64,000 nt of DNA from an uncultured bacterium (GTDB lineage Bacteria; Acidobacteriota; Aminicenantia; Aminicenantales; Saccharicenantaceae). Positions 29,096-40,524 of this stretch are shown piece by piece. Each line of letters begins with the position of its first letter. Positions within the stretch are counted from its first letter, which is position 1. The notes under the pieces were generated by a model that worked only from the letters and a program-made list of their open reading frames with translations, did no database searches and was not told the origin of the DNA. The position numbers were made by a program, and so were the translations under genes. The stretch spans positions 180,408 through 244,407 of the forward strand of contig CAWDSL010000024.1 in assembly GCA_963805015.1 (NCBI GenBank). The letters run 5' to 3'.

Positions 29096-29917
29096 ATGAG
29101 CGCCCTTTTCGCCTACGGCTTCCTCCAGCGGGCTTTCGTCTCCGGCGTCCTGATCGCCGTCGCCTGCGCCGTCCTGGGCGTTTTCCTCGTCCTGCGCAAG
29201 GACGCCATGATCGGCCACGGCCTGTCGCACATCGCCTTCGCCGGAGTGGCCCTCGGCCTGTTCCTGAACGTCCTGCCCCTCGGCGCGGCCCTAGTCGTCG
29301 CCCTGGGGGCGGCCATCGCCGTCATGAAGCTCAAGGACCGGGCCGGCCTGCACGGCGACACGGCCATCGGCATCTTCAGCAGCCTGGGCATGGCCGTCGG
29401 CATCCTGCTGGCCTCGCTGGCCCGGAGCTTCAATGTCGAGCTCATGGCCTACCTTTTCGGGGACATCCTGGCCATCGAGCCGCTCGAGGTCGGGCTCACC
29501 GTCGCGCTGGCCGCCGCGGTCCTGGTCGCCGTCCGGCTGAACTACGGCAAGCTCCTGTACATGACCTTCGACAGGGAATCGGCCCGGGCGGCGGGCGTCA
29601 AGGTCGGGCGGCTGGACACCCTGCTGATGGTGCTCACGGCCGTCACGATCGTATTGGGGATGAAGGTCGTCGGTATCCTCCTCGTCGCCGCCCTGATCGT
29701 CATACCGGCCGCCGCCGGGCTCCAGGTCGCCAAGAGCTTCCGGGGCGCGGTGGCCGCGTCGGCTGTCGTCGCCGTCGTTTCGGTGACCATGGGCCTTGGG
29801 CTGTCGCTGGCGCTGAACATCCCCGCTTCGGCGGCGATCGTCGTCCTGTGCTTCGCCGCTTTCGCCGGTTCCTTTCTGTGGAAGAAGGGACGGGGTTTGC
29901 GCCTGCCCGCGAAGTAG
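29096..29917 (+). CDS. znuB: zinc ABC transporter permease
   Basis: 273-aa polytopic membrane protein of the ABC-3 family, immediately downstream of znuC. Confidence 0.85.
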   Translation: MSALFAYGFLQRAFVSGVLIAVACAVLGVFLVLRKDAMIGHGLSHIAFAGVALGLFLNVLPLGAALVVALGAAIAVMKLKDRAGLHGDTAIGIFSSLGMAVGILLASLARSFNVELMAYLFGDILAIEPLEVGLTVALAAAVLVAVRLNYGKLLYMTFDRESARAAGVKVGRLDTLLMVLTAVTIVLGMKVVGILLVAALIVIPAAAGLQVAKSFRGAVAASAVVAVVSVTMGLGLSLALNIPASAAIVVLCFAAFAGSFLWKKGRGLRLPAK

Positions 29918-29932
29918 GGCCGGGGACCGTCC

Positions 29933-31606
29933 TCAGGCCGCCAGGGCCTTAGCGACGATCTCGCGGACGGCCCGGCCTTCCTTTTCCAGCGCTTTCTTGA
30001 AGGCCGCGGCCTGCTTCCGGACACGGCCCGAGAAGGCGGCGTCCTTGATGGAGCCCAGGTTGATGAGGACGTTGTCGTAGGCGCCTTCGCCCGCCGCCTG
30101 GCCGACGAGGCCCGCGACGCCGGCGTCGCTGACCGAGTTCCGGTTGCCTTTCGAAGCCGCGGCCCGGGCCAGGGTGACGGCTTCCACGGCCTTTTCCAGG
30201 ACCTCGAGGGGGACGAGGGTCGCCTCCTTGTTGGCGGCCTCGAGGGCCCGGTCCTTCTCCTCGGCCTGCTCGGGCGTCGCCTTGGGCAGGCGAAAAGCGT
30301 CCATGACCTTGTTGAAGGCCCGGGTGTCGCGGTCGACGGCCTCGAGGAGGGCGTCCTTGAGCGCTTGCCCGCGGACGGCGGTCGCGACCATGTCGCCCGC
30401 GACGGCTTCGTAGCCCTTCTTGCCGACGGTCAGATTGGCCACCATGGCCGAGAGCGCGGCCGAGAGGGCTCCGCAGAGCGCGGCAACGCTGCCGCCGCCG
30501 GGAGCGGGCGAATCCATCGACAGCTCGTCGGCGAATCCGCTCAGCGTCATTCCGACAAGCGCCGGGCCGGTTTCGCGGAACTGGTTCTCGATGATCTTCT
30601 TGTCCGGCTCGAAGGGGACCACATCGCTCAATCCGAGGGAGCGGACCGCCGTCCGGACGAGCTCGGCCTCGGGGACGCCAGGGCTCTTGCCCTGCTTCGT
30701 GAGATAGTGCCGGCCGGCCATGAGCAGGGCCTCCTTGGGGATGAGACCGACGAGCTCGCTCCCCGTGACCCGCAGGCCGAGCTTGGCCGCGAGGCGCGAG
30801 GCCTCGTCGAAAACGGTATGGATGGGCGTGACCTTGTAGTTGGTAAAATTGACGGAGATCTGGGCGATGCCGTAATCCTCCACGTACCAGCCGACGGACT
30901 TGACCTCCTTGAACTTGCCGGGCCGCTTGACCGTATTGCCGCGCGCGTCCTTGACCACGTTGCCGTCCTTGTCGCGCTTGGCCCGGCCGCTCTCGCGCAG
31001 GCTCAGGGCGATCTCGTGCGCCAGCTTGCGGTCTCTCGTATTGAGGTTGATGTTGTAGGCTACGAGGAACTCGCGGGCGCCGATGACGGTCGCCCCGGAC
31101 TTGGGATTGAACACGGCTTCGCCGAAATCGGGGGCCCAGCGCGGATCCTTGAGCTTCTCCGGGAGGCCCTCGTACTCCCCGGCCCGGACCGTGGCCAGGT
31201 TGCGGCGCTCGGGCTTGCGGGCGGCGGCTTCGTAGAGATAGACCGGGATGCCGAGCTCGGCGGCGACCCGGGAGCCGAGCGAGGCGGCCAGCTCGACGCA
31301 GTCCTCCATGGTCGCGCCGGAGACGGGCACGAAGGGACAGACGTCGGTCGCTCCGATGCGGCTGTGGGCGCCCTTGTGGCCGCGCATGTCGATGACCTCG
31401 GCGGCCCGGGCGATGGCCCGGAACGCGGCCTCGGCGACGGCCTCGGGCGGGCCGATGAAGGTCACGACGGTCCGGTTCGTCGAGGCCCCCGGATCGACGT
31501 CGAGGAGCTTGACGCCGGCCACGGCCTCGATCTCCCCGGTGATGGACTTGATCTTCTCGATGTCGCGGCCCTCGCTGAAGTTGGGGACACATTCGACGAG
31601 CTTCAT
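29933..31606 (-). CDS. ftcD: glutamate formimidoyltransferase / formimidoyltetrahydrofolate cyclodeaminase (bifunctional)
   Basis: N-terminal MKLVECVPNFSEGRD formiminotransferase domain plus a C-terminal cyclodeaminase domain. The start overlaps the upstream M16 stop (ATGA); about 557 aa. Confidence 0.8.
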   Translation of the reverse strand: MKLVECVPNFSEGRDIEKIKSITGEIEAVAGVKLLDVDPGASTNRTVVTFIGPPEAVAEAAFRAIARAAEVIDMRGHKGAHSRIGATDVCPFVPVSGATMEDCVELAASLGSRVAAELGIPVYLYEAAARKPERRNLATVRAGEYEGLPEKLKDPRWAPDFGEAVFNPKSGATVIGAREFLVAYNINLNTRDRKLAHEIALSLRESGRAKRDKDGNVVKDARGNTVKRPGKFKEVKSVGWYVEDYGIAQISVNFTNYKVTPIHTVFDEASRLAAKLGLRVTGSELVGLIPKEALLMAGRHYLTKQGKSPGVPEAELVRTAVRSLGLSDVVPFEPDKKIIENQFRETGPALVGMTLSGFADELSMDSPAPGGGSVAALCGALSAALSAMVANLTVGKKGYEAVAGDMVATAVRGQALKDALLEAVDRDTRAFNKVMDAFRLPKATPEQAEEKDRALEAANKEATLVPLEVLEKAVEAVTLARAAASKGNRNSVSDAGVAGLVGQAAGEGAYDNVLINLGSIKDAAFSGRVRKQAAAFKKALEKEGRAVREIVAKALAA

Positions 31607-33090
31607 GATCCGGCTCCTTTGCTGGCGGTGTACTTGAGCGTGCCGCTGGCGTCGTAGACTTCGATGGAGGCGAAGGCGTTGAGGTGGAGGGCCAGCCACT
31701 CGGGCCGGCCGACGATGACGACGAGGGGGCTCCGGGTGAGGTATTTCCGGGCCGTCTCCCGGACCCGTTCCCCGTCGACCCGCTGGAACCACTCCGGCCC
31801 CTTGTCCCACTGGCCGTCGTCGAGGGACAGGGCGACGTAGCGGGCCATCCAGTCGGCGAAACCGCTCGTCGTTTCGAAGCGCATGGGCAGGTTGCCGATG
31901 AGGAACGACTTGGCCTCCTCGATCTCGGACGGGGAGGCCGGTGCCGCGGCCATGGACCCGATCTCGCGGAGGATCCCCTGGACCGCCGGGGCGATCGCTT
32001 CGGGCCGGACCAGGGCCCGGGCCCAGTAGACCCCGCAGGAGCGGAAGAATTCGGTCTCGCTGAAGGCGTAATACGCGTACCCCCGGGACTCGCGGAGGTT
32101 CATGAACAGCCGGCTTCGCGTCGTGCCGCCAAGGATCTGCTTGAGGACCAGAAGCGGGAAGAATTCCGGGTCGTAGGAATCCATGACGACGTTGCCGGCG
32201 AAGATCGTGGCATCGGCCGCGTCCGGCGCCTCGACGAAGCAGATCCTCTCCCGTTCGTTTTCTGCGGGCCGGGCGATCGCCGGCCGGTCGGGGGCCGCTC
32301 CGGACCAGGCCCCGAAATGGCCTTCCAACCTCTGCCTGACCGTGTCCGCGTCGACCGGGCCCGAGACGAGCACGGCGGCGTTGCCGGGCCGGTAGAAGCG
32401 GTCATAGAAGGCCGCGACGTCCCGCGTCGTGATGAACTTGATGACCTCTTCGGAATAGGTCCCCGTCGCATAGGGATGCCCGGCGAAGAGCAGGCGCAGT
32501 AGCTGGCCCCAGGCCAGGACCTCGGGGTCCCGCTTCCTCTCGAAGATCTCCCAGTAGAGGACCCGGCGGACCGCCGCGAGCTCGCGTTCCGTGAACACGG
32601 CCTCCAGGGCGATGAGCCTCATGAGGTAATAAGCCCGGTCCAGAGAGTCCTCGAGGACATGCATGGTCAGGACCGTGTAGTCCATGAGCACCGTCACGGA
32701 AAGATCGGCGCCGATCGACTCGATGCTGCCCTCGATATAATCGGCGGAGAGCATCTTCGTCCCCTTGCCGATCATGCGGGCCGTCGCGGCGGCCACGCCG
32801 GGACGGTCGGAGGGCGAGTCGGCCTCGCCGGCCCGGATGACGAGCTGGAGAGTGACCAGCGGGGCATCGGGCCGGACGGCGACCGCCACGGTCAATCCGT
32901 TGGGCAGGACCGACTTTTGGACGGCGGGGAGCTTGAGCTCGAGCGGCCGGGGATCGGGCAGGGGAGGCGTCCGTCGGAATCGCTCCTGGCCGGCGGCCGG
33001 CGCCGGGCCCCACAGCCCGAGCAGGACGGCGGCGGAAGCGGCCGCGACGGCCAGGCCGGGACATGCGGGAGACGGCCCCTTCGGTCTCAT
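31603..33090 (-). CDS. M16 family peptidase homolog, non-catalytic type (no HxxEH), secreted
   Basis: 495 aa with a signal peptide and similarity to the M16 N- and C-terminal domains; overlaps the stop of the upstream M16 gene. Confidence 0.7.
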   Translation of the reverse strand: MRPKGPSPACPGLAVAAASAAVLLGLWGPAPAAGQERFRRTPPLPDPRPLELKLPAVQKSVLPNGLTVAVAVRPDAPLVTLQLVIRAGEADSPSDRPGVAAATARMIGKGTKMLSADYIEGSIESIGADLSVTVLMDYTVLTMHVLEDSLDRAYYLMRLIALEAVFTERELAAVRRVLYWEIFERKRDPEVLAWGQLLRLLFAGHPYATGTYSEEVIKFITTRDVAAFYDRFYRPGNAAVLVSGPVDADTVRQRLEGHFGAWSGAAPDRPAIARPAENERERICFVEAPDAADATIFAGNVVMDSYDPEFFPLLVLKQILGGTTRSRLFMNLRESRGYAYYAFSETEFFRSCGVYWARALVRPEAIAPAVQGILREIGSMAAAPASPSEIEEAKSFLIGNLPMRFETTSGFADWMARYVALSLDDGQWDKGPEWFQRVDGERVRETARKYLTRSPLVVIVGRPEWLALHLNAFASIEVYDASGTLKYTASKGAGS

Positions 33091-34445
33091 CGGCCTTGGA
33101 GCTCCAGGACGACCCGGTTCTGGGGAATGAAGAACTTGCCGACGAACGCCTGGATGGAGGACGGCCCGACGCCGCGATAGCGGTCCAACTCGCCGGCGAG
33201 CCCGTCAAGCGGAACGCCGGCGAAGACGGCGTCGATCAGGAAAAGGGCCTTGCCCAGATTGGTCGACAGCCGGTCGAGGTAATCCCTCTCGAAGCGGCGC
33301 TTGGCCCGGTTCAGCTCGTCGAGGGAGACGGCGTTGGCCCGCAGCTTATCGATCTCCGAGAGAATGGCTTTCTGGGACCGCTCGACCATGACCTTGTTGT
33401 TGTTGAGACAGAAGAATTTGAAGGCGGCGATGCTCCTCCGGGCGTCCACGGAAACGCTGAAATGGCGCGCGGTCAGGTCTTTTTTGAGGAGCCGGTTCCT
33501 CAATCGGGAGGTCTCGCCCTCGGCCAGGAGATATTCCAACATGCGGAGCGGGTAGACATCGCCGGATTGGAAGGGGAAGAAGCGGATCCCCATGTGGAAG
33601 CCGGCTCCGTCCGTCTCGATCCGGACGGCGCGGACGACGACGTCGTTCGGCCGGATGAAGCTCGGAAGGGGCGGAGTGGGCACGTCCACGCCGGGGGGGA
33701 TGGAATCGAAATACCGGGCCACGAGCTCCCGCGTCCGGGCCACGTCGACGTCGCCGATGATCACGAGGACGGCGTTGTTGGGAACGTAGTAGGTCCGGTG
33801 GAAGGCCAGGATCTCGGTCTCGGGGATCTTCCTCATCTCGGCGCCCGTCCCGATGAGGGGACGGCCGTAGAGCTCGTCGGGGAAGAGGAGCGAGTCGAAT
33901 GCGGCGAAGGTCCCGAAGAAGGGATCAGAGGCCAGCCTGTTCCGATGGGCTTCGATCAGGTCGGTCCGCGTCCTCTCCACCGCCGCCGGGTTCAGGTCCA
34001 GGGACTTCATCCGGTCCGACTCGAGCCAGAGGGCCAGGGCCAGGTAATTCGATGGCAAGGACTCGTAGAAGAGGGTTTTGTCCGCGGTCGTGGTCGCGTT
34101 GAGCTCACCGCCCACTTTCTGCACGAAGCTGACGTGCTGGAGGGGAGGGACGTTCTCCGAGCCCTGGAACATCAGGTTTTCCAGGAGATAGGCCAGGCCT
34201 TCCTGGCCCGGCTTCTCGCGAAGTGTTCCGGCGCCGTAGGCCACGGCCACGGTGACCAGGGGAAGCCGGGCATCCTCGGCCAGGATGACACGGAGCCCGT
34301 TGCGCAGCCGGAATTCCTGGAAGGGGAAGAGCGGGCGCGACGGGGCCGGTCCCTGGGCCCGTGACGGAGAGGCCAGAGGGACGGATAAGGTCACGGCGAG
34401 GAGGAGGAGAACCGCTTTCTTCATGCCTGGCGTAGAGTCCTGCAA
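33087..34445 (-). CDS. M16 family peptidase homolog with a degenerate zinc motif (YLLEN in place of HxxEH), secreted
   Basis: GLAYLLENLMFQGS aligns with the canonical GxxHxxEHxxFxGT but both His ligands are replaced; signal peptide MKKAVLLLLAVTLSVPLA. Confidence 0.7.
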   Translation of the reverse strand: MQDSTPGMKKAVLLLLAVTLSVPLASPSRAQGPAPSRPLFPFQEFRLRNGLRVILAEDARLPLVTVAVAYGAGTLREKPGQEGLAYLLENLMFQGSENVPPLQHVSFVQKVGGELNATTTADKTLFYESLPSNYLALALWLESDRMKSLDLNPAAVERTRTDLIEAHRNRLASDPFFGTFAAFDSLLFPDELYGRPLIGTGAEMRKIPETEILAFHRTYYVPNNAVLVIIGDVDVARTRELVARYFDSIPPGVDVPTPPLPSFIRPNDVVVRAVRIETDGAGFHMGIRFFPFQSGDVYPLRMLEYLLAEGETSRLRNRLLKKDLTARHFSVSVDARRSIAAFKFFCLNNNKVMVERSQKAILSEIDKLRANAVSLDELNRAKRRFERDYLDRLSTNLGKALFLIDAVFAGVPLDGLAGELDRYRGVGPSSIQAFVGKFFIPQNRVVLELQGR

Positions 34446-34467
34446 CCGGAGCGAATGCTAACAATAG

Positions 34468-35817
<1,350 letters not shown>

Positions 35818-35850
35818 CCGAAGAAGATCTCTCCCGCCGCCGGGCGTCCC

Positions 35851-36618
35851 TTAGCGCTGCTCTCCGATCAGTCTCAAGTAGCGGCTGACCGAATCCCGCA
35901 TCTCAGGGTCCGTCACCTTGGCCTGGATCTTCAGGAACGCCGCCTTGGCCCTGGCGTAATCGGTGAGCTTGAAGCAGGCCACGCCCAGGTTGTAATTGAA
36001 CAGAACGTCCTCCGGCACGATCTTGACCGCGGCTTCATAGGAGGAGACCGCCTCGCCGAGGTCGGCCTTTTTCTCATAGACCTGCCCCCGGAGGTTGTAG
36101 GCCATAGCCAGGCGCGGCTGGATCTGAATGGCCTTCTGGACGCAATCCAAGGCCTCGTCGAGCCGGTCCCGGACGATGTAGAGCCGGGCCAGATTGGTGT
36201 AAGGCAGCTCGCGGTTCTGATAGACCGGATCTAGCAGGGCGGCCTTCCATTCGGTCTCGGCCAGATCGAGGTTGCCCAGCCGGTCGTAGACCGTCCCCAG
36301 ATTATTGTGGGCCTCGGTGAACTGCGGATTGATCTCCAGGCACTTGCGGTAGGCCTTGACCGATTCGTCGAGCCTGCCCCTCATGGAATGGGCCAGCCCA
36401 AGCGCGTTCCACGACAGGTAATAGCGCGTGTCGAGAGAAAGGGACTTGACGAAATACTTGACCGCCTCCTCGACGTTGCCCTGGTTGAGGTGGAACAGCC
36501 CGACGTTGTACTGGTACTTGGGGTCCTTCTCCCGGGCCTTTTGGATCCTGACCTGCTTCGAGGCGCAAAAGGTCAGGCTGGCGCAGAGGGTCAGGACGAC
36601 GACGGCTTTGGCTCTCAT
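35851..36618 (-). CDS. TPR-repeat lipoprotein
   Basis: The start is at MRAKAVVVLTLCASLTFCASK (lipobox) with RBS AGGAGAAG, followed by multiple TPR repeats. Confidence 0.7.
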   Translation of the reverse strand: MRAKAVVVLTLCASLTFCASKQVRIQKAREKDPKYQYNVGLFHLNQGNVEEAVKYFVKSLSLDTRYYLSWNALGLAHSMRGRLDESVKAYRKCLEINPQFTEAHNNLGTVYDRLGNLDLAETEWKAALLDPVYQNRELPYTNLARLYIVRDRLDEALDCVQKAIQIQPRLAMAYNLRGQVYEKKADLGEAVSSYEAAVKIVPEDVLFNYNLGVACFKLTDYARAKAAFLKIQAKVTDPEMRDSVSRYLRLIGEQR

Positions 36619-36650
36619 CGGTCTTCTCCTTGTCGTGGAATCGGCGCTCG

Positions 36651-37646
36651 TCACTCCGCTTTGAGGGTCCGGGTCATCAGCTCGGATACGGCCTTCCGCG
36701 GCTCCTTGCCGCGGTAGAGGACCTGGTAGATCTGCTCGGAGATAGGCATCTCCACGCCGAGGGCCCGGGAGATCCGGCGGGCGGCGACCGTCGTATGGAC
36801 GCCTTCCGCGACCATCCGCATTCCGGCCAGGATCTCGGCCAGCTTGCGGCCCCGACCGAGCTCCTGTCCGACGCGGTGGTTCCGGCTGAGCTCCCCGGTG
36901 CAGGTCAGGATGAGGTCCCCCATGCCGGCCAGGCCCGAGAAGGTCTCCCGCCGGGCGCCGAGGGCGAGACCCAGGTTGGTGATCTCCACCAGGCCGCGGG
37001 TGATGAGCGCAGACCTCGTGTTCAGTCCGAATTTCATCGCGTCGGCGATGCCGGCGGCGATAGCAACGACGTTCTTCAGGGCCCCGGCCACTTCGACCCC
37101 GGTGACGTCGGTCGAGGTGTAGGCCCTGATGCTCTCGCTCGAGATGGCCTGCTGGACCTCGCGGGCGGCGGCCGGCTCGCGGGAGGCGACGACCAGGGCC
37201 GTCGGGTTCCCGGCCGCGACCTCGCGGGCGAAGCTCGGTCCGGAGAGGACGGCCAGCCGCGGCTTGACGGGAGCCCGGAAGACCTCCTCCATGACTTGGC
37301 TCATCCGCATCAGCGTCCTTTTGTCGAATCCCTTGGTCAGGCTGACGACGGTCTTGTCTTTGCCGATGACCGGGGCCATGCGGCCGTAGACGGTCCGGCA
37401 GAACTGGGACGGGACGGCGATGAAGACGAGCTCGCCGAAGGCGGCCGTCTCGCGCAGGTCGTCCGAGAAATCGACGTTGACGGGGAACTTGAATCCGGGC
37501 AGGAAGGCGGCGTTCTCCCGGGTCTCCTGGGTCTTCCGGAGGATGTCCGGTTCCCTGATCCAGAGCCGCGTCGGATGCCCGAGCGAGCCGAGGTAGCGGG
37601 CGAAGGCCGAGCCCCAGCTCCCGCCGCCGACGACGGCCGCCTTCAC
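36651..37646 (-). CDS. gpsA: NAD(P)H-dependent glycerol-3-phosphate dehydrogenase
   Basis: MKAAVVGGGSWGSAFA Rossmann motif; 331 aa. Confidence 0.9.
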   Translation of the reverse strand: MKAAVVGGGSWGSAFARYLGSLGHPTRLWIREPDILRKTQETRENAAFLPGFKFPVNVDFSDDLRETAAFGELVFIAVPSQFCRTVYGRMAPVIGKDKTVVSLTKGFDKRTLMRMSQVMEEVFRAPVKPRLAVLSGPSFAREVAAGNPTALVVASREPAAAREVQQAISSESIRAYTSTDVTGVEVAGALKNVVAIAAGIADAMKFGLNTRSALITRGLVEITNLGLALGARRETFSGLAGMGDLILTCTGELSRNHRVGQELGRGRKLAEILAGMRMVAEGVHTTVAARRISRALGVEMPISEQIYQVLYRGKEPRKAVSELMTRTLKAE

Positions 37647-38233
37647 GACGCCCTCTCGCCGAGCTTCCTCTCCGTGCCCTCGACGAGGCGCCCGATGTTG
37701 GCCCGGTGGCGGAGGACGATCAGCAGCGCGAGCGCCGCGGCGACGATCGCAACGTCCTTGCGGCCTCCGGCGACGAGGAACACCGCCGGGAAGGCCAGGG
37801 AGCCCAGGATCGAGCCGAGCGAGACGTACCGCGTGAGGGCCACGACGACCAGGAAGAGTCCGAGGCTGGCCAGGCAGGGTGCCCAGGCGATCGCGGCGAA
37901 GGCGCCGAGCGACGTGGCCACGCCCTTGCCGCCCCGGAAGCCGATGGCGAAGGGGAAGCAGTGCCCGACGACGGCCGCGAAGCCGCAGATCGCGGCCAGC
38001 AGGGGATCGTCGAAGATCTTGACGGCCAGGACGACCGGAAGGAAGCCCTTGAGCACGTCGAAGACGGCGACCGGCAGGGCCGTCTTCCAGCCGCCGACGC
38101 GGAGGACGTTGGTCGCCCCCGTGCTCCGGCTGCCGAAATCGCGGACGTCCTTGCGGCCCGTCCAGCGGACCATCAGGTAGCCCGTCGGAACGGAGCCGAG
38201 GAGATAGGAGGCGAGGACGATCAAAGCTTTCAT
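37643..38233 (-). CDS. plsY: glycerol-3-phosphate acyltransferase PlsY (acyl-phosphate dependent)
   Basis: 196-aa membrane protein, ...LLGSVPTGYL...GSRSTGATNVLR...; overlaps gpsA. Confidence 0.88.
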   Translation of the reverse strand: MKALIVLASYLLGSVPTGYLMVRWTGRKDVRDFGSRSTGATNVLRVGGWKTALPVAVFDVLKGFLPVVLAVKIFDDPLLAAICGFAAVVGHCFPFAIGFRGGKGVATSLGAFAAIAWAPCLASLGLFLVVVALTRYVSLGSILGSLAFPAVFLVAGGRKDVAIVAAALALLIVLRHRANIGRLVEGTERKLGERAS

Positions 38234-38790
38234 GCGAGCTCCGCTTCGTGGACGATCCGGTATTCCGCGCCCTCGGGACGCAGGCGGCTCTCGAAAAGCG
38301 CGACCCGGCGGACCGTCATCTCCCCGAACGAGTCCGCGCGGCGCTTCTCGAGCTCGATCATCGCGTCGCCGATGCGGGCGGGACCCTTGACCCGCCCAAG
38401 GGTGAGATGCGGCTTGAACTCCCGGGGCTCGCGTTCGAAGCCTTCGGCCTCGAGGGTCTCTTCGAGCTCGCTCTGGAGGGCGGCCAGCCCGGGACCGGCG
38501 ACGGCACCGACCCAGAGGACGCGGGGGCTCCGTTCACCGGGGAAAGCGCCCGTGCCTTCGAGCCGGAGCGGGAAGGCGGCCTGGCGCGCGGCGGCTGCGG
38601 CCAGGATCGTCTGGATGCGGAGCGCCCGGCCGGCGTCGACTTCGCCGAGGAATTTCAGGGTCAGGTGCATCCCGCCCGGCTCCACCCAACGGATATCCGC
38701 CCGGGTTCCCCTCAGGCTCCGGACAAAGTCCTGCAAGGCTTTCTTGATGCCCGGATCGAGGTCGATGGCGATGAAAACCCGCATGGACAT
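38230..38790 (-). CDS. thpR: RNA 2',3'-cyclic phosphodiesterase (2H phosphoesterase, LigT/ThpR)
   Basis: Two HxT/S motifs (HLTLKFLG, HLTLGRV); 186 aa. Confidence 0.8.
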   Translation of the reverse strand: MSMRVFIAIDLDPGIKKALQDFVRSLRGTRADIRWVEPGGMHLTLKFLGEVDAGRALRIQTILAAAAARQAAFPLRLEGTGAFPGERSPRVLWVGAVAGPGLAALQSELEETLEAEGFEREPREFKPHLTLGRVKGPARIGDAMIELEKRRADSFGEMTVRRVALFESRLRPEGAEYRIVHEAELA

Positions 38791-38802
38791 GCCCGGGACC
38801 TA

Positions 38803-40059
38803 TTATAAGGCCTTTGGCGGGAGCTTGATAAGGATATTTCTCAGCATCGCGAGGGCCTTCTGAGAGGATTGGTATTTGACGTTGTCGCGGCCGCCGGAGA
38901 AGAGCCGCCGTTCGACCTCGACCCGGCCCCGGCGGGCCAGCGCGATGTAGACGAGGCCGACCGGCTTGGCCGGGGTCCCGCCGCCCGGACCGGCGATGCC
39001 GGTCACCGCCAAACCGAAGTCGGCGCCGGAGGTGGCGCGGATGCCCAGGGCCATGGCCCGGGCCACGGGGGCGCTGACGGCGCCGTGCCGCGCGAGCAGG
39101 CCCGCCGGGACGGCCAGCCGCCGAACCTTGGCTTCGTTGGCGTAGACGACCGCCGACTCCAGAAAATAGGCGGAGCTTCCCGGACGGCCGGTCAGCCGGT
39201 GGCCGAGAAGCCCGCCGGTGCAGGACTCGGCGCAGGCCACGGTCAGCCCGCGGGACTCGAGCGCCGCGCCGACGACATCGGCCAGGTCCGCGCCGTCGCG
39301 CGAATAGATCCACGGGCCGACCCGGCGGACGACCGCCCGCTCCAGCCGGTCGAGCACCGCGACGGCCGCTTCCGCCGGCCCCGGTCCCTTGTATGTCAAT
39401 CGGATCGACAGATCCCCGGGCGCGGCCAGCGTCGTCACCGAGACCTCGGGCGGCACGAGCGTATAAACGGGCCTCAGGCGGGTCTCCATGGCCGATTCGC
39501 CCAGTCCGGTGAGGCGGATGACGCGACGGGACATCAGTCCGCGGCCGAGGCCGGCCAGGCGAGGGAGGATATGGTCCTCGAACATCGGGCGGATCTCGCG
39601 GGGCGGACCGGGCAAGAGGGCGACGCGGCGACGCCCGTCGGCGACCCACAGCCCGGGGGCGGTGCCGTTGGGATTGGGCAGGACCTCGGCGCCCTCGATG
39701 ACGTAGCACTGCTTGAGGTTCGAGGCCGTCATGGGCCAGCCGTGGCGGCGGAAACGCTCCCGGATCTCGCGTCGGATGGCCGGGTCGAAGACAAGCCTCC
39801 GGCCGAGGAGCCCGGCCAGCGTCTCGCGGGTCCGGTCGTCCTCGGTCGGACCGAGCCCGCCCATGCAGAGGACGAGGCCGGACCGGCCGAGGGCCGTCCG
39901 CAGGACCCGGGCCAGGTCGCCGGCGTCGTCGCCGACGATCGTCTTGAAGGCGACGTCGAGGCCGATCGCGTTGAGCCGGGCCGTCAAGAACAGGGAATTC
40001 GTGTCCTGGAAATCAGGCGTGAGGAGCTCGGATCCGACGGCGACGATCTCGATCTTCAT
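38803..40059 (-). CDS. cinA: CinA family protein (MoCF-binding domain + NMN deamidase PncC domain)
   Basis: MKIEIVAVGSELL... N-terminal domain plus a C-terminal CinA domain; 418 aa. Confidence 0.85.
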   Translation of the reverse strand: MKIEIVAVGSELLTPDFQDTNSLFLTARLNAIGLDVAFKTIVGDDAGDLARVLRTALGRSGLVLCMGGLGPTEDDRTRETLAGLLGRRLVFDPAIRREIRERFRRHGWPMTASNLKQCYVIEGAEVLPNPNGTAPGLWVADGRRRVALLPGPPREIRPMFEDHILPRLAGLGRGLMSRRVIRLTGLGESAMETRLRPVYTLVPPEVSVTTLAAPGDLSIRLTYKGPGPAEAAVAVLDRLERAVVRRVGPWIYSRDGADLADVVGAALESRGLTVACAESCTGGLLGHRLTGRPGSSAYFLESAVVYANEAKVRRLAVPAGLLARHGAVSAPVARAMALGIRATSGADFGLAVTGIAGPGGGTPAKPVGLVYIALARRGRVEVERRLFSGGRDNVKYQSSQKALAMLRNILIKLPPKAL

Positions 40060-40071
40060 GGTCTTCCCGGC

Positions 40072-40524
40072 CTAGACGACGAGCAGGACCAGGCGGGCGA
40101 AAGCGGCCGCCGCGAGGCCCGCGCCGACGTCGTCGGCCATGATGCCCCAGCCGCCCGGCAGCTTCTCGAGCTTCCGGATCGGCCAGGGCTTGATGATATC
40201 AAAAAAGCGGAACAGGGCGAAAGCGGCGGCCGCGGCGACCCACGTTCCGGGCAGGAGCGCGCAGGCGACGAGCTGGCCGCAGACCTCGTCGACCACGATC
40301 CGGCCCGGGTCGGCCCGGCCCAGCTCGGCCGCCCGTGCGGCCGAGGCGGCCGCTCCGGCAAGGAAGAGGGCGGCGACGAGAAGGCCGTAGAAAGGCCAGG
40401 CCAGCCCGTGGAGGGCGAGCTTCCAGCCCAGGACGGCCACCGCGCTCGCGGCCGTGCCCGGGGCCAGCGGCACGAGGCCGACGCCGAAGAATTCGGCCAG
40501 CACCCTCGAGACCGCCCGGTTCAC
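40072..40524 (-). CDS. pgpA: phosphatidylglycerophosphatase A
   Basis: 150 aa; GTG start overlapping the rimO stop (GTGA); conserved ...VDEVCGQLVA...FRFFDIIKPWP. Confidence 0.75.
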   Translation of the reverse strand: MNRAVSRVLAEFFGVGLVPLAPGTAASAVAVLGWKLALHGLAWPFYGLLVAALFLAGAAASAARAAELGRADPGRIVVDEVCGQLVACALLPGTWVAAAAAFALFRFFDIIKPWPIRKLEKLPGGWGIMADDVGAGLAAAAFARLVLLVV

